Source of the DNA: an uncultured Chloroflexia bacterium
GTDB taxonomy: Bacteria > Chloroflexota > Limnocylindria > Limnocylindrales > CSP1-4
Length of the DNA stretch: 64,000 nucleotides
Reading direction: 5' to 3'
Assembly (NCBI GenBank): GCA_963810285.1
Contig: CAWEMV010000002.1
Coordinates: 280,404-344,403, forward strand
Shown here: one piece after another, positions 19,856 to 28,304 of the stretch
Numbering within the stretch: the stretch's first letter is position 1
How the letters are laid out: each line of letters begins with the position of its first letter
Program-made: the position numbers and the translations under genes
Notes under the pieces: model-generated
Told to the model about the DNA's origin: nothing
Databases searched by the model: none
What the model saw: only the letters and a program-made list of their open reading frames with translations

Positions 19856-20284
19856 ATGACGCTCACCCACGACCATCGGGCCGAGCTGCTGGCGCGCGCG
19901 CCGCTGCTCGACGGCGTCGATGACGCCGGGATCGCCACGATCGCCCAGCGGGTCGTCGAGGTCGGGTTCCCCAAGGACCACGTGATCGCCCGCCAGGGCG
20001 AGGTCGGCACCGGGTTCTTCATGGTCGCCAGCGGCAGCGTGCGGGTGGTGCGCGACGGCCGCACGATCGCGACCATCGGGCCCGGCGACTTCTTCGGGGA
20101 GCTGTCGGTGCTCGACGGGCAGCCGCGGACCGCGCAGGTGGTCGCCAACGAGCCGACGACCTGCCTGGCCCTCGCGACCTGGGACTTCGAGGCCGTCGTG
20201 CGGGACGAGCCCGCGGTCGCGCTCGCGATCATGCGCGGGCTGGCGGGCCGGCTGCGACGTCTGACCGAAGCCGAACGACACTGA
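19856..20284 (+). CDS. Stand-alone cyclic nucleotide-binding domain protein
   Basis: GDFFGELSVLDGQPRTA canonical phosphate-binding cassette, with GGAGG before ATG 19856. Confidence 0.9.
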   Translation: MTLTHDHRAELLARAPLLDGVDDAGIATIAQRVVEVGFPKDHVIARQGEVGTGFFMVASGSVRVVRDGRTIATIGPGDFFGELSVLDGQPRTAQVVANEPTTCLALATWDFEAVVRDEPAVALAIMRGLAGRLRRLTEAERH

Positions 20285-20304
20285 CGCCCGACATTCCGAG
20301 GGAG

Positions 20305-23052
20305 ATGCCCCTGGACCCCAGACCGCCGACCGGCACCGTCACGTGCCTGTTCAGCGACATCGAGGGCTCGACCCGCATCGAGCTCGCGCTCGGCAGTGGC
20401 CCGTACCGCGACGTGCGTGAGCGACATCGTGCGCTGCTGCGGGCCGCGTTCGCCGCCCACGATGGCCACGAGCAGTCGACGGAGGGCGATTCGTTCTTCG
20501 TGATCTTCCGGCGCGCCGCTGACGCCGTGGCGGCGGCGGTCGACGGCCAGCGCGCCATCGCCGCGGAACCGTGGCCGGACGATGCCCCGGTCCGGGTGCG
20601 GATGGGCCTGCACACCGGCGACATCGAACGGCTCGACGGCGGCGACGTGATCGGGTACGACATCAACCGCACCGCGCGCATCACCGCGGTCGCCCACGGC
20701 GGCCAGGTCCTGCTCAGCGACGCGACGCGGTCGCTGATCGCCGACGACCTGCGCGACGGCGTCGGCCTGCGCGACGTCGGTCTCCACCGGCTCAAGGACC
20801 TGCGCGAGCCGGAGCACCTGAGCCAGCTGCTCATCGACGGGCTGCCGGACACCTTCCCGCCGCTGCGCTCGCTCGACGCGCGACCGAACAACCTGCCGAC
20901 CCAGCTCACCTCGTTCGTCGGTCGGGAGCACGAGCTGGACGAGGCGGTCGGGCTGCTGCGGACGACCAGGCTCCTGACCCTGACCGGACCGGGCGGGACC
21001 GGCAAGACGCGGCTGTCGCTCCAGGTCGCCGCGGCCGCCGCCGACGACTTCCCCGACGGCGTGTGGTTCGTCGCCCTCGATGCCGTGCGCGATCCGGCCA
21101 TCGTCGCGCCGACCATCGCGCGGACGCTCGGGCTCGCCGACAGCAAGGTCCGCACCGCCATCGACCTGCTCAGCGATCACATCGGCGCGGGGCACGTCCT
21201 GCTCGTGCTCGACAACTTCGAGCAGGTGGTGGACGCCGGCACGGACGTCGCCGAGCTGCTCCGCCGCTGCCCGAACCTGCGCTGCGTCGTCACGACCCGC
21301 ATCCCGCTGCGGGTGAGCGGCGAGCAGGAGTACCCGGTCCCGGGCCTGCCCGCCCCACCCGACCTCAGCCACCTGTCCGAGATGGAGCGACTGAACCTGC
21401 CACGCGGCCTGCGCGACCTCGACGCGGCGGCGCTCACCCAGTTCGAGGCCGTGCGCCTGTTCATCGCGCGGGCGTCGTCGGTCCGGCCGGGCTTCGCCGT
21501 CACCAACGACAACGCTCCGGCGGTGGCGGGGATCTCGGCGCGGCTCCACGGCATGCCGCTCGCGATCGAGCTCGCCGCGGCCCGCATCAAGCTCCTGACA
21601 CCGGACCAGATCCTGGCGCGGCTCGAGCACCACCTGGCGCTGCTCACGACCGGCTCGCGCGACCTGCCGGAGCGCCAGCAGACCCTGCGCGGCGCGATCG
21701 CCTGGAGCTACGACCTGCTCGACGACGGGGCGCGCCGCCTCGCCGACCGGCTATCGGTGTTCCGCGGCGGGTTCGACCTCGAGATCGCGGAACGGGTCTG
21801 CGGCCCGGCGGACGAGATCGGCGGCGATGTCGTGGACAGGATCGGCGAGCTGGTCGACCAGAGCCTGGTCCGCCCCGACGACGGGCCCGAGCCGCGGTTC
21901 GCGATGCTCGAGACCATCCGCGAGTTCGCCGCGGAGATGCTGGCGACGCGCGACGAGGCGGGGGCCATCGCGGACCGCCACGCCGCGGCGATGCTCGACC
22001 TCGCGGAGCGGGCAGCCCCCGAGCTGTCGGGCGCGGACCAGCGGGTCTGGCTGGAGCGCCTCGAGCGCGACCACGACAACGCGCGCGCGGCGCTCGACTG
22101 GGCGATCGCGAGGCCCGACCCGCCGCTCGGCGCACGGCTGTCGTTCGCGATGTGGCGGTTCTGGCAGCAGCGCGGCTACCTCAACGAGGCGCGGGCCCGG
22201 TTCGAGCAGCTCGCGTCGCAGGGCTGGGAGCTCGACCTCGTCGACCAGGCGCGGTTCGCGGAGGCGTACGGGGGCATCGCCTACTGGCAGTCGGACCAGG
22301 AGACGGCCTCACGCCTGTACGACGAACAGCTCCGGCTCTGGCAGGAGATCGGCGATCGGCGCGAGATCGCCAACGCGCTGTTCAACCGGGCATATGCCGA
22401 CATGATCGAGATCATGGGCGGCGACATGACCGACGAGGCGGCAGGGCGAAGCCGGACGCGGCTGAACGAGGCGCTCGACATCTATCGCGAGCTGGGCGAC
22501 ACCGGCGGCGAGGGCAACATCCTGTGGGGGCTCGGGAGCCTCGCCTACTTCAGCTCGGACGCAGCAGAGGCGGAGCGATGGTATCGACGCTCGCTCGAGC
22601 TGCACCGGGCGGCCGGGCATCGGACGATGGAGGCCTGGTCGCTCCACATGCTCTCGTTGTCGATGGTCGGCAGGCACGAATGGGCCGAGGCCAAGGAGAT
22701 CGGCCGCCACGCACTCCAGCACTTCTACGAGTCGGGCGACGTCTCGGGCGTCACCCTGTCGCTCGACGACATCGCGCTGAGCGAGCTCGGCGCGGGTGAC
22801 GTGGAACGGGCGGGTCGGCTGTGGGGCGCGGCGCGCAGCCTCCAGGAGACCACCGGGACCTCCCTTGCCGACTACGTCGACCAGATGAAACACCTCTTCG
22901 ACGTCTCTACGCCGAAGGACGCGCTGCCCGCCGACCAGCTGGCGGTGCTCGCGGCGCAGGGTGCGGCCATGCCGTACGACGAGCTCGTGGCGTACGCTCT
23001 CGAGACGACCGATCCGGTCCCGCCGGCGGCGCACGTGGAGCGCGTGGGATGA
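20305..23052 (+). CDS. Class III adenylate/guanylate cyclase - STAND ATPase - TPR protein
   Basis: FSDIEGST, EGDSF, RMGLHTG and INRTAR, then Walker A GPGGTGKT, LVLDNFE, GMPLAIELAA and TPR-like helices. Confidence 0.92.
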   Translation: MPLDPRPPTGTVTCLFSDIEGSTRIELALGSGPYRDVRERHRALLRAAFAAHDGHEQSTEGDSFFVIFRRAADAVAAAVDGQRAIAAEPWPDDAPVRVRMGLHTGDIERLDGGDVIGYDINRTARITAVAHGGQVLLSDATRSLIADDLRDGVGLRDVGLHRLKDLREPEHLSQLLIDGLPDTFPPLRSLDARPNNLPTQLTSFVGREHELDEAVGLLRTTRLLTLTGPGGTGKTRLSLQVAAAAADDFPDGVWFVALDAVRDPAIVAPTIARTLGLADSKVRTAIDLLSDHIGAGHVLLVLDNFEQVVDAGTDVAELLRRCPNLRCVVTTRIPLRVSGEQEYPVPGLPAPPDLSHLSEMERLNLPRGLRDLDAAALTQFEAVRLFIARASSVRPGFAVTNDNAPAVAGISARLHGMPLAIELAAARIKLLTPDQILARLEHHLALLTTGSRDLPERQQTLRGAIAWSYDLLDDGARRLADRLSVFRGGFDLEIAERVCGPADEIGGDVVDRIGELVDQSLVRPDDGPEPRFAMLETIREFAAEMLATRDEAGAIADRHAAAMLDLAERAAPELSGADQRVWLERLERDHDNARAALDWAIARPDPPLGARLSFAMWRFWQQRGYLNEARARFEQLASQGWELDLVDQARFAEAYGGIAYWQSDQETASRLYDEQLRLWQEIGDRREIANALFNRAYADMIEIMGGDMTDEAAGRSRTRLNEALDIYRELGDTGGEGNILWGLGSLAYFSSDAAEAERWYRRSLELHRAAGHRTMEAWSLHMLSLSMVGRHEWAEAKEIGRHALQHFYESGDVSGVTLSLDDIALSELGAGDVERAGRLWGAARSLQETTGTSLADYVDQMKHLFDVSTPKDALPADQLAVLAAQGAAMPYDELVAYALETTDPVPPAAHVERVG

Positions 23053-23246
23053 ACGAACCGTTCCGGGAGTCGGACCCGGACACGCCCGTGGTGCCGCTCG
23101 TGCTGCTCGACGACGCAGTCGATCAGGCGCCCGACCCCGGCGCGCTCATGCTCACCTGTGCGAACTGCGGGGCCGCCATGGACGAGCGCAAGTGCAAGCT
23201 CATCTGCCGCTGCGGCTACTTCCTGTCCTGCTCGGACTACTACTGA
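23049..23246 (+). CDS. Small Cys-rich zinc-finger protein (65 aa)
   Basis: ATGA overlap with the cyclase stop, and CANC...CKLICRCGYFLSCSDYY with six Cys. Confidence 0.75.
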   Translation: MNEPFRESDPDTPVVPLVLLDDAVDQAPDPGALMLTCANCGAAMDERKCKLICRCGYFLSCSDYY

Positions 23247-23297
23247 CCGGCTGCAGCTGACCGGCCTGGACGGTCGGTTCGGATAGACTGGCGGTCG

Positions 23298-24158
23298 ATG
23301 ACCGCCGAGCCGATCCCCGCTCCTCGCCCGAAGACCGGCATCCCCAAGAACCCCGGGCGACGAGAGCTCGGGATGACGGCCACGCTGCTCTTCCCGAACC
23401 GCGAGATCGTCGAGCAGTTCTACGTCCCGATCATCTACACGGCCTGCCGGACGTGCTACTCGGAGATGCCGCCGGAGGAGATCTTCCGCAAGTCGGTCGA
23501 CGGCGAGTTCGACCCGGCGAAGATGCAGAAGCTGATCGCGTCGGTGATCGAGTCGGGGCACGGATCGACCATCGAGCACATCGTGTTCACGTTCGGCATC
23601 ACCGGCGTGTCACGGACGCTGTCGCATCAGCTGGTGCGCCACCGGGCCGGCGTGGCGTTCGACCAGCAGAGCCAGCGCTACGTGAAGTTCAAGGGCGCCG
23701 CGACCATGCTCCCGCACTCGATCGCCGAGGGCGACGTGGAGCTGCGAGAGCGCTACGAGTCGCAGGTCGGGAGTGCACTCGACCTGTACGGGGAGATGCT
23801 CGAGGCGGGGTTGCCGGGCGAGGATGCCCGGTTCGTCTTCCCGAACGCGACCCGGACCAACCTCGTCATGACGGCCAACCTGCGGGCCCTCATCCACATG
23901 TCCGGGCTGCGCCTGTGCACGATGGCGCAGTGGGAGATCCGCCGGCTGTTCCAGCTCATCCGCCAGCAGATCTTCACGGTCTCGCCGTTCCTCGGCTCGT
24001 TCCTGGCGCCCAAGTGCGTGCCGCTGGGCTACTGCGACGAGTTCGGCAACCGCGACGAGCACTGCCCGATCCGGCCGCACAAGGACAACGTCCTGGGCGC
24101 GTGGGCGGAGAAGGCCGCGGCCGCGAAGGCCGCGGGCCGGGAGCTGCCACAGGCCTGA
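23298..24158 (+). CDS. thyX: FAD-dependent thymidylate synthase
   Basis: GHGSTIEH, SHQLVRHR...FDQQSQRY (RHRx7S), EDARF and AQWEIR. Confidence 0.95.
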   Translation: MTAEPIPAPRPKTGIPKNPGRRELGMTATLLFPNREIVEQFYVPIIYTACRTCYSEMPPEEIFRKSVDGEFDPAKMQKLIASVIESGHGSTIEHIVFTFGITGVSRTLSHQLVRHRAGVAFDQQSQRYVKFKGAATMLPHSIAEGDVELRERYESQVGSALDLYGEMLEAGLPGEDARFVFPNATRTNLVMTANLRALIHMSGLRLCTMAQWEIRRLFQLIRQQIFTVSPFLGSFLAPKCVPLGYCDEFGNRDEHCPIRPHKDNVLGAWAEKAAAAKAAGRELPQA

Positions 24159-24184
24159 CCGCGGGCCGGGAACCTGTCGCGAGT

Positions 24185-25294
24185 CTAGTCGCCGTCGACG
24201 ATCACCAGCTCGCGGGACCCGGTCGGATACAGGAAGTCCGCCAGTGCCGTCGCCTCTTCCTCCAGCTCGAGGCGCTGGGCCGGCGTCAGTCGACGGCCCA
24301 GCTCGACGGTCATGGTCGCCGCCCTGCCCGCTCGACGGACACGCCACGCGGCCGCGATCCCGCCGTCGATGAGGATGGGCCCCTTCCAGCCGAACTCGAT
24401 GCCCCACGACAGCTCCCCGTTGATCCGGGAGCGGTCCTCGTGTGATAGGAACACGTTGTCGTACTGCGGGAGGAAGCGGACCGGCGCCGGCACGTCGGGA
24501 TCGGCGATGAGCCCGTCCTGGACGTCGAGCAGCTCACGACCGGCCTCGTCGCGGAACGTCCGGAGCCGCGGCCGAAGCCTGTCGACGACCTCGCGCAGCC
24601 CGGTCAGCCACGACCAGACGCGCATGTCGCCGACGGTCGCCGGTCCGAACGCGGTGAGGTAGCGCAGCACCAGGTCGTCGACGCTCGGGCTCGGCTCCAG
24701 CGGGCGTCCGGCCCACGCCTCGAGCGTCGTGTTTGTCGCCCGCCCCGTCCGGCCCCACAGCCCCCGCGGCGGCACCTGGACCAGCGGCAGCAGGAAGCGG
24801 GCCGCGTAGGCGAGCGAGGCCGGGTCGCGGTCCGGCCAGTCCGGGACGAGCGCCGCGCCCAGCTCGGTCGGCGTGCGCGGCCGCTCCTCGAGGATCGGCC
24901 GGGCGGTCGCGATCACCGCCTCGACGTCGACGCCGTCGAGCCGCTTGATGAACGGGCTGCTGCGCCAGGACCGGCGCATGACGTCGGCGAGGATCGGGTA
25001 CTGGATGAGCGCGTCGTCCGTCGTCGCCAGGTGGAGCGTCCCGCGCAGGAGGCCCATCCGGACCGCCCGCCGCTCCTCGATCAGCGCGCTGAGCTCCGTC
25101 GGGTCGAAGCCGTCGATGCGCGACCAGAGGGCGACATAGGGGTCGGGTGGCTCCTGGGCCTGCAGACCGACGAGGTACTCGACGACCTCGCTCGGCGTGC
25201 GTGGCTCTCGCTCGAGCAGGAGCTGGCGCGCGAGCAGCGTCCGGTTGAGGGTCCGCCGGTCGAGGACACGCGGCGATGCGCTCGCGGCCGTCAT
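24185..25294 (-). CDS. AlkZ-like (HTH_42) DNA glycosylase
   Basis: RTLLARQLLLER, catalytic QxQ motif (GLQAQ), RGTLH, RYLTAFGPAT and FLPQYD. Confidence 0.88.
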   Translation of the reverse strand: MTAASASPRVLDRRTLNRTLLARQLLLEREPRTPSEVVEYLVGLQAQEPPDPYVALWSRIDGFDPTELSALIEERRAVRMGLLRGTLHLATTDDALIQYPILADVMRRSWRSSPFIKRLDGVDVEAVIATARPILEERPRTPTELGAALVPDWPDRDPASLAYAARFLLPLVQVPPRGLWGRTGRATNTTLEAWAGRPLEPSPSVDDLVLRYLTAFGPATVGDMRVWSWLTGLREVVDRLRPRLRTFRDEAGRELLDVQDGLIADPDVPAPVRFLPQYDNVFLSHEDRSRINGELSWGIEFGWKGPILIDGGIAAAWRVRRAGRAATMTVELGRRLTPAQRLELEEEATALADFLYPTGSRELVIVDGD

Positions 25295-25812
25295 GCCGCC
25301 AGCGCGCGCTCGAACGCGTCGAGCGTGTCGGCGGAGAACAGCACGAACGTGACCGAGTCGAGGGCATCCGGGTGGGCCGAGATCCACGCGTCGACCGTGG
25401 CGAGCGCGATCGCCGCAGCGGCTTCGACCGGATAGGCGAAGACCCCCGTCGAGATCGACGGCAGCGCCACCGACCGACAGCCCTCGCGCACGGCGAGGTC
25501 CAGCGCCGTCCGGTAGGCGCTCGCCAGCTGCTCCGGCTCGGCGGACGAGCCGCCACGCCACACCGGTCCGACGGCGTGGATCACGATCGATGCCGGCAGG
25601 CGCCCTGCGACGCTGACCACGGCACCGCCGGTCGGGCAATGGCGCGCCGGCCCATACCGGTCTTCGAGGTCGGCCATGATCGCCGGGCCGCCCGCCCGGT
25701 GGATCGCCCCGTCGACGCCGCCGCCACCGACGAGGGCGCTGTTCGCGGCGTTGACGATCGCGCACGACTCGACCGTCGTGATGTCGCCCTGGACCAGGCG
25801 GATCTCGGTCAC
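25291..25812 (-). CDS. Macrodomain protein (O-acetyl-ADP-ribose deacetylase, YmdB/MacroD-like)
   Basis: GDIT, NAANSALVGGGGVDGAIH, IHAVGP and ISTGVF. Confidence 0.92.
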   Translation of the reverse strand: MTEIRLVQGDITTVESCAIVNAANSALVGGGGVDGAIHRAGGPAIMADLEDRYGPARHCPTGGAVVSVAGRLPASIVIHAVGPVWRGGSSAEPEQLASAYRTALDLAVREGCRSVALPSISTGVFAYPVEAAAAIALATVDAWISAHPDALDSVTFVLFSADTLDAFERALAA

Positions 25813-25824
25813 CGTCGGGACCTG

Positions 25825-26697
25825 TCAGTCGTCCCCGAGATCGGTCACGAAGCGGCGCAGCACGCGGGCGAGCCGTGGGCCGGCGACCGCACCCGCCTCG
25901 AGGACCTCCTCGTGGGTCAGCGGCTGACCGGTGTACCCGGCGCCGGCATTGGTGACCAGCGACACGCCGCACACCTCCAGCCCGACCCACCGCGCGGCGA
26001 TGCACTCGAGGACCGTCGACATCCCCACGGCATCGCCGCCGAGCGCGGCGAGCATCCGCACCTCGGCCGGGGTCTCGTACGTCGGTCCGGTGAGGCCGAC
26101 GTAGACGCCCTCGGCCATCTCGACGTCCTCGGCGGTCGCGGCGGTATGGAGTCGGGCGCGCAGCCGCGGGCTCCACGCCTCGGTCATGTCCGGGAAGCGC
26201 GGCCCGAGTGCGTCGGCGTTCGGTCCGATGAGCGGCGAGCGGCCGGTGAGGTTGATGTGGTCGCGCATGATCATCAGCGTGCCTGGCCCGAACGAGGGGT
26301 CCAGGCCTCCGGCCGCGTTGGTCAGCACCACCACCCGAGCGCCGAGCGCGCGGAACAGCAGGACCGGCTGCACCACGAGGCCCGGGTCGTTCCCCTCGTA
26401 CAGGTGGAAGCGGCCCTGCAGCATGACCACCGACCGGTCGCCGAGCGACCCCAACAGCAGCCGCCCGACGTGGCCGGGCGCCGTGGCAGCCGGCCAGCCG
26501 GGCAGGGCGTCGAACGGGATGGAGACGGCATCCTGCAGGTCGTCGGCCAGACCGCCGAGCCCGGAGCCGAGCACGATGCCGACCTCGGGAACGATGGTCG
26601 TCCGGTCGCGAACGGCCGTGACGAGGGCGGCGATCCGCTCTGGCTGGACGACGGGCGGGATCGGCCGGGTGGGATCGACGGTCAGCACGTCCGACAT
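25825..26697 (-). CDS. punA: Purine-nucleoside phosphorylase (trimeric type)
   Basis: VLGSGLG, GRFHLYEG, TNAAGG, GPTYETPAE and VGMSTV, with GGAGG before ATG 26697. Confidence 0.93.
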   Translation of the reverse strand: MSDVLTVDPTRPIPPVVQPERIAALVTAVRDRTTIVPEVGIVLGSGLGGLADDLQDAVSIPFDALPGWPAATAPGHVGRLLLGSLGDRSVVMLQGRFHLYEGNDPGLVVQPVLLFRALGARVVVLTNAAGGLDPSFGPGTLMIMRDHINLTGRSPLIGPNADALGPRFPDMTEAWSPRLRARLHTAATAEDVEMAEGVYVGLTGPTYETPAEVRMLAALGGDAVGMSTVLECIAARWVGLEVCGVSLVTNAGAGYTGQPLTHEEVLEAGAVAGPRLARVLRRFVTDLGDD

Positions 26698-26761
26698 GCG
26701 AGCCTCCGGGCGGGCGTCCAGCATGACAGGACGAGGTGGTGTCGGGGTGGGAGGAGCGGGG

Positions 26762-26873
26762 GCTTCGTCGCGCCCGACGGAAGTACCGACACCGGGATGC
26801 CGATCACGTCCCGCCGGGCGCAATCCCTGGGATCCGGCCGTGGTGAGACGACCGGGACCGCGGGCAACGAAGC
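26762..26873 (-). other. Putative structured RNA element in the ~250-nt 5' leader of punA
   Basis: Closing stem 26762-26776 pairs with 26861-26873 and encloses hairpins at 26834-26855 and about 26793-26813. Two of three stems gain G-U pairs on the minus strand. Confidence 0.4.
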
Positions 26874-26956
26874 GCCCGAAGCGACCGGCGGCGGAACGAA
26901 GGTCCTTGATGTGATCTCGGTTCCTGCGATCCTGTCGGCCCCTTCGGGCACGACCT

Positions 26957-26986
26957 ACGGTATCGGCCGGCTCCGGGCACGGTCAA
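26957..26986 (-). promoter_or_regulatory. Sigma70-type promoter for punA-macro-alkZ
   Basis: TTGACC-18 bp-TACCGT on the minus strand. Confidence 0.55.
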
Positions 26987-26991
26987 CGCGC

Positions 26992-27078
26992 TTATCCACG
27001 AACATGGAATTGATCTTCTGACGGCCGTCCACGGGAATGTCGGACGTGTGGTCGGCGTGTGGATAACTCTGTGGACGA
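26992..27078. promoter_or_regulatory. Cluster of DnaA-box-like motifs
   Basis: TTATCCACG at 26992-27000, perfect TGTGGATAA at 27058-27066, and TGTGGACGA at 27070-27078, in a locally lower-GC patch. Confidence 0.6.
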
Positions 27079-27085
27079 GCGGTGA

Positions 27086-28123
27086 TCAGCCACCCATCGC
27101 GAACATCTCGATCTTGGGCAGATCGCTCGTCGACAGGGCGCGCAGCTCCGAGTATCGGTCGTCACGGTCGCGCCACAGCTCGGCCAGGAACGCCACCAGC
27201 TGCTCGTCCGTGGAGCCGTCGCGGAGCACCGCGCGGACGTCCCGACCGGCAACCGCGAACAGACACGTGTACAGCTGGCCGTCGGCCGACAGTCGGGCAC
27301 GCGTGCAGTCGCGGCAGAACGGCCGGGTCACCGACGAGATGACGCCGAACTCCCCCGCTCCGTCGACGTAGCGCCATCGGTCGGCCACCTCGCCGCGGTA
27401 GCCGGCATCGACCGGCACGGCCGGCCAGGCCGCGGTCACGAGGTCGATCAGCTCGGCGGCGGGCACGACCTCGTCGAGGCGCCAGCCGTTCGAATGGCCG
27501 ACGTCCATGTACTCGATGAACCGCAGGGTCACGCCGGTGGCGCGCGCCCAGCTGGCCATCGGCACGACGGAGTCTTCGTTGACGCCGCGGCGCACGACCA
27601 TGTTGATCTTCACCGGGCCGAGCCCGGCCTCCAACGCCGCATCGACCCCGTCGAGCACGCGGGCCACCGGGAAGTCGACGCCGTTCATGGCCCCGAAGAC
27701 CTCGTCATCGAGCGAGTCGAGGCTGACCGACACGCGACGCAGCCCGGCCTCCGCCAGTGGGCGGGCCAGCGCACGCAACGCGGCCCCGTTCGTGGTGAGC
27801 GTCAGGTCGAGGGGACGGCCGTCCGACGTCTGCAGCGTCGCCAGCATGCGGATCAGGTCCGGCAGGCCGCGCCGGACCAGCGGCTCGCCGCCGGTGATGC
27901 GAAGCTTCTCGACGCCCAGCGCGACGAACGCCCGCGCGGCCCGGTGGATCTCCTCGAGCGACAGCACCTGGTCCTTCGGGAGGAACTCGAAGTCGCGGCC
28001 GAAGATCTCCTTCGGCATGCAGTACGTGCAACGGAAGTTGCACCTGTCGGTGACCGAGATGCGCAGGTCGTGCAGGGGTCGACCGAGTCGATCGAGCGGC
28101 GCCGGCGTCAACATGGCATCCAT
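27086..28123 (-). CDS. moaA: GTP 3',8-cyclase (molybdenum cofactor biosynthesis)
   Basis: LRISVTDRCNFRCTYC, TGGEP, FCRDC...YTCLF and a C-terminal GG. Confidence 0.96.
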   Translation of the reverse strand: MDAMLTPAPLDRLGRPLHDLRISVTDRCNFRCTYCMPKEIFGRDFEFLPKDQVLSLEEIHRAARAFVALGVEKLRITGGEPLVRRGLPDLIRMLATLQTSDGRPLDLTLTTNGAALRALARPLAEAGLRRVSVSLDSLDDEVFGAMNGVDFPVARVLDGVDAALEAGLGPVKINMVVRRGVNEDSVVPMASWARATGVTLRFIEYMDVGHSNGWRLDEVVPAAELIDLVTAAWPAVPVDAGYRGEVADRWRYVDGAGEFGVISSVTRPFCRDCTRARLSADGQLYTCLFAVAGRDVRAVLRDGSTDEQLVAFLAELWRDRDDRYSELRALSTSDLPKIEMFAMGG

Positions 28124-28304
28124 GGGACCCGCATCCTACGATGAACGGCGTTGCATCAGCACAACGGCGTAGGTCAGGGGGATCCGGCGGTACGACCGGC
28201 GTACACCTCTGGTACCACTAGCGGACTCCACCCCACCAAACCCTGCTGGCACGATGCCGACCACGCCCCGATAGAGCGCACATCTTCCGACGAGGATCCA
28301 TCGC

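Noticed and set aside
20305-23052. Anti-phage Pycsar/CBASS/Avs assignment
   Set aside because: The architecture is the common cyclase-STAND-TPR regulator type, the cNMP proteins lack TM or TIR effector domains, and there is no defence-island context.
26992-27078. Chromosomal origin (oriC)
   Set aside because: Only two or three boxes, no extended AT-rich unwinding element, and no dnaA/dnaN nearby. Kept only as a regulatory cluster.
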